A stretch of 64,000 nt of DNA. It comes from Enoplolaimus lenunculus (Eukaryota). The notes under the pieces are model-generated. The model did not search any database. It had not been told where the DNA came from and saw nothing but the letters and a program-made list of their open reading frames with translations. Location: contig JASANG010000627.1 of the NCBI GenBank assembly GCA_030248215.1, positions 372,001 to 436,000 on the forward strand, in the 5' to 3' direction. Shown one piece after another: positions 1 through 11,279 of the stretch. Within the stretch, counting starts at the first letter, position 1. Every line of letters begins with the position of its first letter. The position numbers and the translations under genes were made by a program.

Positions 1-2
1 CA

Positions 3-680
3 TCTCCAACCCAAGTGTCAAACATCTCAACAACAGTAACATCACTGTTTCCTTGCGTCTCCCAGCATCGAGCCAATGAAATCGCGTCGTCCCGAACACC
101 TGCAAAACTACCAGCAAAATCATCCAATCAAACGCCAGAACAACACCAACGTTTCGCCAATCGTCACCGAGTAACCACTCAAAAACGAGCATTGGACACC
201 GATGGCAAAATGTCGCCACCAAAAACTATGACAACAACAACAGCCACAACAGCAGCAGCGACAACAATCGAACAAAAAATATCAGTCCAACCAGTCACAG
301 CGTTCAGTGACATATTTCGTCGCCATCAACAAAGTAAATCGCTTGCGTCTACGGCGACTCCAACAGCCACTTCAGCAATAGAACCTGGCGATTATTTATC
401 GGCGAACAACTCATGTAATCTGTGCGGCAAAAAGCTATCAAGCAGAGCTAATGCTGTCAAACATGTCAGGTTACACATTGACGGCCGGACAATTGGATGC
501 CCGTGGTGTCCGATGAAATTTGGAACCCGATATAATTTGAATATGCATGCGATGCGAAAACACGGAGACGCCGCGAGGTCTGCGGGATTTTTTACGTCAG
601 CCGCAATGTTGCATTATGGGCAAAAGTTTAAAGCTGGCGCTCGGGCGCGTCAAAAAAGTAGTGCGCTCAGATCAGTATAA
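3..680 (+). CDS. C2H2 zinc-finger protein, 3' part (frame open from the window edge)
   Basis: Two C2H2 fingers, CNLCGKKLSSRANAVKHVRLH and CPWCPMKFGTRYNLNMHAMRKH, follow a Thr/Ser/Ala-rich low-complexity region. Stop TAA at 678-680. No in-frame stop upstream of the GTG at 15. Confidence 0.8.
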   Translation, partial: SPTQVSNISTTVTSLFPCVSQHRANEIASSRTPAKLPAKSSNQTPEQHQRFANRHRVTTQKRALDTDGKMSPPKTMTTTTATTAAATTIEQKISVQPVTAFSDIFRRHQQSKSLASTATPTATSAIEPGDYLSANNSCNLCGKKLSSRANAVKHVRLHIDGRTIGCPWCPMKFGTRYNLNMHAMRKHGDAARSAGFFTSAAMLHYGQKFKAGARARQKSSALRSV

Positions 681-690
681 CAGCCGTTTG

Positions 691-1120
691 ACGCGACATT
701 TTGCATACCTACAACACTGCTAAAAGCGGTTAGTAAGCGGTTCGCTAAACGCAGAGAATCTGTCGCGTCACGCGACATTTTGCCAATCTATAACACTGTT
801 GCAAGCGATTGACGAGAGGTACAACAAACGAAATGTAGAAGAATCATGCTACATAACATTTTGCACCCACATATTCTCTGAGGGTTGTAGGCGATTCGGT
901 AAACTCAGAGTACAGTCGTGTCTCGCTACAGTCTGCCGGCCTACAATGTTGTGCTTCTAAAGGTGTCGAGCCACGCGATAAACTGAGAATAAATAACCAT
1001 CATCGTATCGTGCGACATTTTGCCTACTTATAACACGGATTGTTGGTGTTGACGAGAAGTTGGTCAAGTTGAACGTAAACTTACCATGCCACGCGACATT
1101 TTGCCGACTTACTGGCACTA
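691..1120 (+). repeat. Degenerate ~80-bp periodic array with a conserved ~28-bp core (ACGCGACATTTTGCC..CTAYAACAC) and divergent intervening sequence
   Basis: Core copies at 691, 770, 851, 923, 1010 and 1091 (spacings 79, 81, 72, 87, 81). The copies at 851 and 923 are degenerate. Confidence 0.75.
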
Positions 1121-1870
1121 TTCGTCGATAGTTGATGAAATTTGACGCCGATTCAAGCAACGTTTAGTACCATGAATTTGAGAGCATAATAATGTTATGG
1201 ATGGGAAGTAAAGCAAAATAGTACCTTGGCTGGCGAACATTTTAAAAACTTCTACAAGAATTCGTATGTTAGCATTCGATATATAAATTTCTTTATTGGG
1301 TATTTATAATTTGGCTTATTGTTCTAGTTTTTCTGTTCGAGGTGCAGTCCTTAAAGAAATATAGACTCAGTGCAGCGTTTTTAGACTTGAAGCACAGTGC
1401 ACACCATATAGTTTTGGTTAAGTTTTTAAAATTTTTTTGGCCAGTTTATAGAACCGACCCGTAACAGTAGTATAAGCAAATTTCTAAGCGTAAAGATAAG
1501 CCTATACCTAAGCCTAAGCAAAAAAATTACTTTAAAGCTTAAAACTTATTTTGTTGCAGTTCTGCGACAAAACGGTTTGCACCCTATTCATTTTTGCGTA
1601 TATCATGAAATAGCAATAAATACCTATCGCCAATTAGCAAGAATATGCTTACATTCAGTAAAACAGCCTTTAATCAAGCTTATAGGTTGTTACCGTTGTA
1701 TTTTTCAAGAAAAAATCAACTACAAAAAGAAAGCAATCAGGAGGCTACTTAGCTGATGACGTAGCTTTAAATTGATACCTAAAGGTTGGTAGCATTGTAC
1801 TTCGATGGGTTTGCAATTTTATTTCTGTTTCGTATCTTTTAAGTCGCATCAAATCATAACCAGGTTCAAG

Positions 1871-2025
1871 TAGGCCCGTAGCCAGCTCACCATGCTACAG
1901 GGCTAAAAAATTTTCAGGCGGGGCATGCAAGGGTTTTTAATTACTTGCAAGCAGAAAATATTCTATGGGGTGCAAAGTTCTTCTAGGGGCGGTTGAGCCA
2001 TCCGCCCCCTTCGGCTACTGGACCG
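1871..2025. mobile_element. hAT-like MITE (YAGGCCCGTAGCC...GGCTACGGGCCTG family)
   Basis: Imperfect TIRs and an 8-bp TSD, ggttcaag/gtttaaag. Related copies near 4702-4833, 16790-16940, 19007-19593, 49533-49695 and 61442-61605. Confidence 0.65.
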
Positions 2026-2449
2026 GTTTAAAGGTTATCGTTTTCAATAGAATAAACGGCTATATCATCAGTATTTGATAGTTCTATTTTAATGAATGTT
2101 GCATAGTAAACATCAGACTGTTGCAATTTGTATGAACACTGGAATTTGCTTCATATAAGCAGTATTTCCACTGTCGATTAACAAGCGTATCTTCATATCT
2201 CCTATATCAAAGCTTCGACAAATTATCCAGGATAAGCTCAGAATGGTCAGTTTTTCAGAGAAGCAGTTAAGTCCAATTACTTACTATCTCCACTCGTCGG
2301 ATCAATCGTGCATTGAGTACATTTGCGTCATTTGAAGATATGCAACACTTAAGCTAAAAGCTCATTGACAGTCTAAGAAGGAACCGGGTCTTTGGACACT
2401 TTAACTAAGCCGATGAAACAGCAGGCATACAAGGATGACTGGAAACAGC

Positions 2450-2497
2450 GGGTCTAGGATTTCCAGGCAAGCGCTCTACCACTGTGCCACGTAGCCC
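2450..2497 (-). pseudogene. tRNA-derived 5' half (SINE head or tRNA fragment)
   Basis: Minus strand reads GGGCTACGTGGCACAGTGGTAGAGCGCTTGCC..., with an A-box/D-arm pattern (TGGCACAGTGGTAGAGC). No intact T arm. Confidence 0.4.
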
Positions 2498-3407
2498 GCC
2501 TCTCCAACTGCTTCTATGGTCGATTATATGTCGAATGTATATGCTGCAGGCTAGCATACAGTGCGCTGCACTATGTTGCATGTTCACGCAATGAACAAGT
2601 TCTCACATGCTTACCCTGATATTTGCTAGCTACAGGAGATATGAACAGTAAGCAAGGCCCGTATACTCTAATGTGTCTAGCACCTCTGTGCAGTTTATGA
2701 TAGATCTTGTAACTTTTGAAGGTGCGAATGATGAGGTTTGAAATTAAGCACAATTTTGTCATTCATTTTGTTTCACTTTTACACCAATTTTGAGATTCAC
2801 AGCGGCAAAGGTTCGTCAGTTTAAAAACCTATCGCGTACTTGTGACAGGTGTTATACGCATTTGAGAATATGGACCTTATCAGTTTCCCTACTCCAACCA
2901 AGTGACATCGTTGACTGCCAGTAGAAAATTTGGACACTTCAAGGGTGAATTGTTTCTCCCCTACCAAGGCAAATTCAACACCTGTCGTTATGATTTCCCT
3001 GCTGTTGTTATAATGCGCTAACATGATTTGGGCACAAAAACCTCGAGGCGAGTCTCTGAGAGTAAGTTTACAAAAAAAGCGTCCAGATAAAACATTTTCG
3101 TTCGAAAACTTCCAAGATTGCCGACATTTTTCAAAAATGAAACATAAAACAAATTTTCTTTCGATGCTTTGTCGTTAAAACAATCAAATCCAACATCGTT
3201 TTTATTACTTTGATTTGTTTCAGTCCCGGTTTCGGTTACAACTGTGGCAAAATTTGTTGATCTCAAACTCCGGCTTTTTCACCGCCAGTTCTATCCTGCA
3301 AATAAGCTACGACAAATTAATAATTTTTTCAAGCGACCAAGAATTCTATGCGACAAATTGAAATTTATATATAATATATAATATATTATTTATGTAATAT
3401 ATATACA

Positions 3408-3444
<37 letters not shown>

Positions 3445-3936
3445 CAATTTTATCCAGCTGCCTTTTAAGTGCAGGAGCTTTAACTCAGTACCGTGTCGCA
3501 GTTGCTGTATGCATTTTCATTGCTGTGTATGCTTGCAGTTTTTTTCAGTGCAATTTTGTTTGACATTATTTTGTTGCATTGTCTGAGCATTTATATTCAA
3601 AGGTTATTTGGAACAGTTTAAAATCATCAAACGGTGACCTCGAGGCTGTTTTCGTAAATGTTTTTGATTAGTTTTTATTTTTACACCAAAACATAAGCAA
3701 ACATTTGCAATGTACGAGATATGGACTTCAACTTCACTTTCAAAAGAGCCTAAAACCATAGCATTCCGCTGAAGATTCTCGATCTCTGATTTTTTAACAG
3801 GACGGTTGTCCTTCCTTGGCAAAGGCTTCGTTCTGTAGGGAATAGGAAACATTTACAAATATACGCATTTAAAATATTTTGTCAATTATTAATCATATAT
3901 CCTACACACATACATGCATATATATGTATGTAGATA

Positions 3937-4065
3937 TCTATATTATTAAAGCTGAAATGTCCCACATACGTAATTAGGCAGTATTCAGCTTTCATTTACA
4001 TGAACTCAATTTTGAAACAAAGAAAAAACAAGTAGTGATGCAAATGTTGCAACACCGTTGACTAG
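3937..4065 (+). mobile_element. Short non-autonomous Helitron-like element
   Basis: 5' end A|TCTATATTATTAAAG, 3' end CTAG|T preceded by a short hairpin (TGCAAatgTTGCA). Inserted between A and T with no TSD. Confidence 0.5.
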
Positions 4066-4397
4066 TATATTATTTTTAGACTACATACTATACAGTAATA
4101 TTGTAATCTTTTATACAGTTTTCAACCAAATTCTGATCATTCCTACACTCAGTTATTGATTACAGCGTCAACCTAAACTTCGCTATACCTTACCTCACGT
4201 TGTCAATCTCAATAAAACAATAGCGACGCTTACAACATTATATAGTTGGTTGAACGTATCAGCCAGGCAATTAAGAGTGACAAAGATTTTAAACAACTGA
4301 CGGTTTGGTGTTTAAGTGTCTACGATATCCGAGAATTAATTAGCATCGAAGCTTAAAACATGCAATTTCCTATTTTATACCTACTTAGTTGAAATCT

Positions 4398-6092
4398 ATG
4401 TCTTTACGACGAAACGTGTTAGACTCAGACACAGACCTGTACGCCGGGTTACCGGTACACCCTGCATCTGATCATCATGATCAATTTGACGCTGTTAAAT
4501 ATTTAAATTCATTCTATAAGCATTATGATTCTGATCCAGCTATGCATCGGTTAGTTAAAAAATGCATAAGAGTTATTCATTTATTAAAAAGTTTTAGTTT
4601 TAGTCGTGTGATTTTTGTAGATAGAAATTATACCGTTTTTATAATATAAAACCTTTTAATAAAATTTTAATTTTCCGTCAGCACGGATAAGGAGTCGAGG
4701 CGGATCCGTAGCCAAGCCGCCGTTCTTGGACAAATTTTTCAAACTTGCTTGTAAAGTCAACAAATACCCATGAATGCCCAATCTGAAACATTTTTAAGCC
4801 CCCATCTGGCAAAGTGAGCTGGCTATGGACCTGAGGTGAAAAATTGACAACGTTTTCTTATTAATTTTTGCTTAATGGTTTACAAGAGCCTAGTAGATCC
4901 ATTTTTGGGTTATGTTTGCCATCAAAACCGGAAACCATGCCACGAGACAAATAAGTCACGAGTCCGTGGGCTAGCTGGTCCCCGCTTCTAACTCTGGAAT
5001 GTCGTCTGCTCTCAAGGAGCTTCCAAACTGACCCAAATTCGCAAACCCAAGCAACGGTAGAAATACATAATTTTGTACATGAACAAGAATTTAAGATTGG
5101 CTTTCTAAAAGGTTAACCTTAAACTCAATCCTGCACTGTTTCTGAGTTTGCTGCTATCGTCAACACCAAATTCTGACCTGGCAGAGTTATTCTACAAATT
5201 ATTTAAAATTTTACAGGCTAATTATGTTCATGCCGTGTGTTCTATCAAGAATTCATCCACGCGAGAACGGCGACCCGTTGCGAACATTTTTGGACGTCGG
5301 ATGTGGACCGTGTGTTGCGCTAGCTATGTATTTTCAAACAATCGTTGAGGAAATTTATTTAGCCGATTACGCTTTGGATTGCCGCGAAGAACTTGTCAGA
5401 TGGTCGCGCAACGAAAGTGGTTTTGATTGGAAGTCTGTCGGCGAAATTATATATCGTCACATTAATTGGCCTGGGCGGCCCGATCATTTGAAGATACAAG
5501 AAGAAACAAGGAATAAAGTGAGTCTGTAATATATATTCAAATCAGGGTACTTAGTTACGTTTCATCCTCACACTAGAGTTTATTTTAGTGTTGGCAAAAA
5601 TATTCTTACTGTTTTATTGTTTTTGCAAACATTAACCTTTTACTGAGTGGAAAAATTCGGATTGGTTGAAAATCACTGTAAAGTTCCCACGGGCAGACGA
5701 TATTTTTATTTTGCAAGGTCAAATCCATCCTCAACTGCGACGTCAACATCGCGACCGTGCTACTAGACGCTCCATCTGCGATTCCGACCAAATTCGATAT
5801 CGTCAACACATCCTACTGCTTAGAAGCTGCAACAGAAAGCGTCGACCAATATCGCGATGCATTCGCCAATGTTGCACGTCTTGTTGCGCCGGGTGGATAT
5901 TTAGTAATCGCCTCGGTTTGTTCTTCGGATTATTATGTTTTTGACAAAAAACGATTCCGGCTGGTTTGTGTTGATGAAACGGAAATTCGACGGTGTTATG
6001 AAATGAATGAATTTGATATGAATGATATTATGATACGAAGAAAGGGCGACATTTGTATTGCGGTTTGTCGAAAGCTGGAAAATGACCTTTAA
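4398..6092 (+). CDS. NNMT/PNMT/TEMT-family amine N-methyltransferase (anmt-like), 3 exons, ~275 aa
   Basis: Exons 4398-4549, 5217-5517 and 5718-6092, all GT-AG with matching phases (2, 0). Family motifs: FDAVKYLNSFY, SAM motif I FLDVGCGP, IYLADY..CREEL..W, FDW, VKSILNCDV, CLEAA, LVAPGGYL. Confidence 0.9.
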
Positions 6093-6761
6093 AAGAACAG
6101 TGACGGGGGAAGCGTTCTCCAAACCCCCAGTTTGGAGGGCTGATCCTTGGGAGAGCCCATCTTGGCCAACTAAATTTTTTTCGTGGACCACGAAGTTATA
6201 GAGCTGTGAAACGTTTTATTAGGACCCTCTCTTCTGACCTATTGGCGGCCCCACTATGGTGACGCCGGTCCTGATAAAGAATGAGAGTCGCGATAAACAT
6301 TGGAACGCAAGTAAACATTAACATACTCAGCTTGCAATGCATGCGAGTGGACAGAAACATTGACCGATTGTTATTCAACGTTAAATTTTTGGGTGGCATA
6401 GCTATGTTGGCGAAAACTGTGCGCGTAATTGATCTGATATAATATTTTCTTTATTTTCAAAATTTAACATGTACTGTATAAATCCCAGTGAGTTGATTTT
6501 AACTCAGAATGAGTTGAATCAATCAGTTTGAGTTAGGACTTTCAGAACTTAGAATTCTGAGTCAATAAAGCTCGCTCTGATTTAATTCTTCAATTCACCC
6601 GGAATCAACTGAACTCAGAGGGAGTTAATGTTTACTGTTACATACTCAGAATTCACTAACTTTTTATCTGAGCTGATTAATCAACTCAACGAAATTGACA
6701 GTGTATATTTTTTGTTTTAATGGATAATGGCGGACAAACTACGGGCCGGAATGGTGAATGA

Positions 6762-7298
6762 CAGGGCAACCAAATATCCGTTTGCGTTTTAGATAAAAAT
6801 CGGTGTTCGTTTTCTGTTTCCGTTATTTTGATCGCTATCAGTTTTCGTTATTTTGATCGCTAACCGTTTCCGTTATTTTGATCGCTATCCGTTTCCGTTA
6901 TTTTGTTTGCTATCTGTTTCCGTTATTTTGATCGCTATCCGTTTCCGTTATTTTGATCGCAATCCGTTTTCGTTATTTTGATTGCAATCCGTTCCCGTTA
7001 TTTTGATCGCAATCCGTTTCCGTTAGTTTGATCGCAATCCGTTTCCGTTATTTTGATCGCAACCCGTTTGGGTTATTTTGATCGCAATCCGTTTCCGTTA
7101 TTTTGATCGCAACCCGTTTGCGTTATTTTGATCGCAATCCGTTTCCGTTATTTTGATCGCAATCCGTTTCCGTTATTTTGATCGCAATCCGTTTCCGTTA
7201 TTTTGATCGCAATTCGTTTCCGTTATTTTGATCGCAATCCGTTTCCGTTATTTTGATTGCACTCCGTTTCCGTTTTTTAGTATACTTTTTACACTCTA
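6762..7298. mobile_element. hAT-like MITE (CAGGGTGTAA...TTACACYCTG family) with an internal minisatellite expansion
   Basis: Ends CAGGGCAACC / TTTACACTCTA, 8-bp TSD gtgaatga/gtaaatga. Unexpanded relatives at 30703-31088, 26685-27000 and 41050-41428. Confidence 0.75.
6813..7277 (+). repeat. 25-bp tandem minisatellite, ~18.5 copies (TCCGTTTCCGTTATTTTGATCGCAA)
   Basis: Directly visible head-to-tail repeats with scattered substitutions. Confidence 0.95.
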
Positions 7299-7605
7299 GT
7301 AAATGACGTTTATTATTTAATTACTTGTGGAGTAATTTCAGACTTGAGGTTTGTAGTTTCGTTTAGATTTACGAACGTTCGCTTTACTTACTACAGTTAA
7401 GTCGTGTTCAAATGCTATATTTTGCCGTAGAAAATGTAAACATTGTCTGGTTTTCTGAAACCCTACTTAAGTATGACTCGGTACTTAAGTACGTACTAAG
7501 TAATTACTTGACCATTTCGTCGTTTTTAAAGCGTACATAAGTTATGTAAATACTTAAGTTTCTGACTTGATCGATTACAAATTAACCTTCAGGCATACTA
7601 GTCTT

Positions 7606-7783
7606 GGCCAATGTTACTTTTAGGGCCGTAACAATAGATTAAGCCTATTCCTATACCTAAGCCTAAACCTAAGCGTTGCAAAAGCGTATTCCTAAGACTA
7701 AGCTAAAAAATTAGTCCAGAATGTAAGCCTACTATTATACAGACCCACTAGAAACCGGGACGGCCCTAAATGTAACATGGGCC
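7606..7783. mobile_element. Merlin-like MITE with GCCTAA (TTAGGC) repeats, nested in another inverted-repeat element (~7449-7989)
   Basis: TIRs GGCCAATGTTACTTTTAGGGCCG / CGGCCCTAAATGTAACATGGGCC. The outer element has TTTCTGAAACC / GGTTTCAGAAA inverted ends. Confidence 0.6.
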
Positions 7784-10213
7784 ATTGTCTCGGTCTAACT
7801 GAAATTGTAGACTCGTGGTGCCTCCGTATTACAAAGCAAAACTATTACTTTTTTGTTATGACAATGGCTCACAATAAGCGTTAAACTGTTTTGATCCAAA
7901 AGTTAAACATTTACTTAAGTCGTCGCCTTTAAGTAATTACTTAAGCATAGCTTAAGTAAACACTAAAGTATGGTTTCAGAAACACAGCCAATATGTCCTA
8001 AATTCAACCATGTAATTGCTTTTCGACGCGTCATCCTAAATGCTTAGCTAATATGCTGCTAGAAAAGCTATCTTTCAATAGAGTTATCGCTATCACTATT
8101 GCGGTAAGTTCAGATACATGCTTGCCATGTAAAATTTTGCAAGGAAAATTTCAACATAATTTAATAAATTTAACTTTGAGTCTTAAGCCCAAGCGAACGA
8201 CCATTTTTGTCTGAATGATTTCTAAAGACTTGTGCCGACGCGTAGAATTAGATGGTTTTTGGTTAGTTTTTCTAGAATGTCGGTATAATGTGGCAAGCAA
8301 TGCTTAAAATAACCCTTTTGCAATTTATAATTATTCCCAAACCAAAAAACCAATACAAATTTCAACAAGCAACAAATTACCTTCGACAAAATTCAGCAAT
8401 TTTCGGTAACCGAAACTGCATACCGTGGTAGAATTAAACCAGGTTATGCAAATTACAAGTCTACAATCTGTTTTCTAGCCATAAATACAAGAAACACCGT
8501 GCTAACAGTGACAGCAGCTTGCTCGTGTGAATATTTTACCATCTGAAATACAACTTCAAGCAATGATTTTGAATCTAACCATATTGTTGTCAGGCGTTTA
8601 CCATCTCTTCTCAGCTATAGAAGCTTGACGTCCGAGGCCGAACGGGGCTTTTACGTCTTGTGATGAATTTGCACAGCGCATAAGCGTTGTGAATTGTTAA
8701 AAACGGCGTACATGTATAATGTAGCATACACAGTTTGCACATAATTGCTCATAATTTATTTTATAATACAAGAAGATATAATAATAGTTTTGGTTGAGTA
8801 ATTTGCACCGAATCGCAATCACAATAATTTTAGATTGATTACGGTCAATGTAAATAATCATTATTGTTAAGTACTTACGTTGAAAACGGCTACAATTTAA
8901 AACGAAACTATATAATCAGTACTGAGGCTAGACTCCTTTCTAGTACCTCAACAATGAATAGGTGGCGGAGGCTTGCCCGTCAACGGGCTGCATTTCGAGT
9001 GAAAAAGTAAACGTTTTGGTCACAGTCGCAACGGCTTTAGTGAATCATTTTTGAGGCCTCATTGATTTATTGGGGGACTTCGGTGGCCCGTTTGGGGGCT
9101 CGCGAGGCTTAGTCTCTGCCCTGACTATCATGCATTAGACAAGCGTATAGCTAGGTAACAGCTTTGTCTTAAATCTTGTTTTGTCGGATTTTTTATCTTG
9201 ATAAGCAATGTTCATCACATAATAGAATACTCAACTCTTACAATCGAACAAGGAGCATTTCATGCTCTTTGCTCTTGACCCAACCAATAAAAATTCATGA
9301 CTACGTGCCTGCCGTTTACAATATAGTGTCTAGTCCTATTCGAAACCTACGCATAAGGACGTACACGAAGCGATATATACAAAATAGGTATAGATTACTG
9401 CATGTATCTATAGCGATTGAAAATAGGCATTTGTACAATCACCAGGATATTAAATCTATTCTTAATTTCACATCGAAAAAATTGTCTTCCTCGCTACCGC
9501 TAAGCGCAATTGTATTTTTTCTGACACAACATCGTAGAAGGCTGTTTGTCATACATTTTCAACAATTTGAAACGTTCAAACATTGTTTTACCAATCGTTC
9601 AGTAGTGTTAAATTTTTTGTAACCAGAAACACCAAAAGACGTAGTTGCCAGCATAAACATGAAAAGTTGTACTCCAGCAACGCTGCAGGTACAGAGAGAG
9701 GAATCAAAATCGCTTCCCTAGCCGCTCCTTCCAATTCGCATGCTTTTACGTCCGCTAGACGCTATTTAATGCAGCCACCGTTAACGATTTTGACAATTTT
9801 ATATTTACGAATCATTCATTATTTCGGTTGTTTTTCAACTCCAGTCAACCATCAATCCAATTGCCTCGGTACGACAGTATATTAGAATACCTACTGTTAT
9901 TCAACGAGTTATGGTTGAATTTTGTCAAAATTACGTTTGCGTGGGCGTAACAGCTTTAATAGTTCAGAATTAAACACGCCAATGAATGCTAAACGTCGTC
10001 CGTTTGAGCTTGGCTTCGGCTTGAGTATCGTGTCGGTGACATCACTGACCGGAACCCGTATATGGAATCGTTGCCTCCTATGCTCGATTCGTGCATAATC
10101 GCACTTGTACGCTCTTCGATCACAACCGATAATGCTGGATGATAAAGTCCTTCGTTGATTGCAAGAGTTTCGTCTGAAAATAAAAAGTATCAGATCAACA
10201 AAATGGTTACAGT

Positions 10214-10404
10214 CAATGGCGGATCCACGGGGGGGCCACTCCGCCCGTGGGGCCCCCCCAACAGCATCTCGACAAAAATTATATTGGGACTCAAAATGGG
10301 GACCCCCCCTTTTATTTCGGATCACTACAGTATGGGTCAAAAATAAGTTTATTACCTGTGAAATTTTGGCCCTCCCCCATTTTGAGATCCTGGATCCGCC
10401 ACTG
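10214..10404. mobile_element. hAT-like MITE (CARTGGCGGATCC family)
   Basis: TIRs CAATGGCGGATCCA / TGGATCCGCCACTG with a perfect 8-bp TSD, GTTACAGT (10206-10213 and 10405-10412). Confidence 0.9.
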
Positions 10405-10736
10405 GTTACAGTGTTAACATCTTGAAACTTTGCAGTTTTACAAAGCCAATGTGATTAGTAATGGTGGTGACCCATCTAATGATCAGAGTCGGAACGTTTT
10501 TCTAATGGATTACAACAGTGTAAGCTTGTTCGTGCGCTTGCAAACTACACTGGATCAAAACCTAAAAAGCATAGATTGCGTATTGCTGGCATTCGAGTAG
10601 GTATTAGAAATTGTGCTACTTCCTCTAACATGATCTTCGGTTTAAAGTAGAAATTTTTCACTTGTGGTTGCACTCTGATTATTAAAATTAGTCGTATTTT
10701 TAGTCTAAACACAGACGAATACATGGTGACAACGCT

Positions 10737-11279
10737 TCAAAAACTCTGCAGGGTTGGTTCTATTTTACCTCCTCGGCCACCGCCAATTGCAGCTTGCATC
10801 ATTGAATTTCCACATCCGTTATTAGTTAACTCATACAAATGGCGCTGTCGCCGTTGGCCGGCCCTCGGTCCTCGTTGCCGCACGGCATCATTAGGCGCCG
10901 CCCGGCGTCGCCTTCGACGCGGCTCATAGTAAAAGTAACACGAGCAACACAAACATACCACCAGCGCAGTCATAAATATAATAATAATCGCAACAATTGT
11001 CGTTTCATCGATATACATTTCATCCTTGCGTGTAGTCGCAAAACGATGTCCTCCGCCGATACCAATATCGCCACTGCTACCACTATTAATACTACCACTA
11101 CCACCACCACTACTACTGCTACTACCTCGACGAGGGGGTAACGTATTCGCAGATGATGCGGAAGCCAATTGTTGAGGATTGACGTCTGGATGATCAGCGA
11201 CTACCCCGGTAGACAGGGACCACGAGGATGAGCCTGGCAACGAGAGTGCTAGCGATCGTAGCACCGTTATGACTGACAC
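10737..11279 (-). CDS. Single-pass membrane protein C-terminal ORF (TM helix, Cys cluster, poly-Arg). The upstream Ser/Thr-rich stalk is disrupted, so possibly a pseudogene.
   Basis: IVAIIIIFMTALVVCLCCSCYFYY followed by RRRRRR (positive-inside rule). Ser/Thr/Pro-rich sequence continues to ~11700 but with stops and frameshifts. Confidence 0.5.
   Translation of the reverse strand: MSVITVLRSLALSLPGSSSWSLSTGVVADHPDVNPQQLASASSANTLPPRRGSSSSSGGGSGSINSGSSGDIGIGGGHRFATTRKDEMYIDETTIVAIIIIFMTALVVCLCCSCYFYYEPRRRRRRAAPNDAVRQRGPRAGQRRQRHLYELTNNGCGNSMMQAAIGGGRGGKIEPTLQSF

Noticed and set aside
6813..7277. CRISPR array or cluster of piRNA Ruby (GTTTC) motifs
   Set aside because: Contiguous 25-bp units without spacers, explained as an expansion of a MITE subterminal motif.
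9176..10425. Several 60-150 aa ORFs
   Set aside because: No domain signal or splice structure; partly overlapping a hAT MITE.
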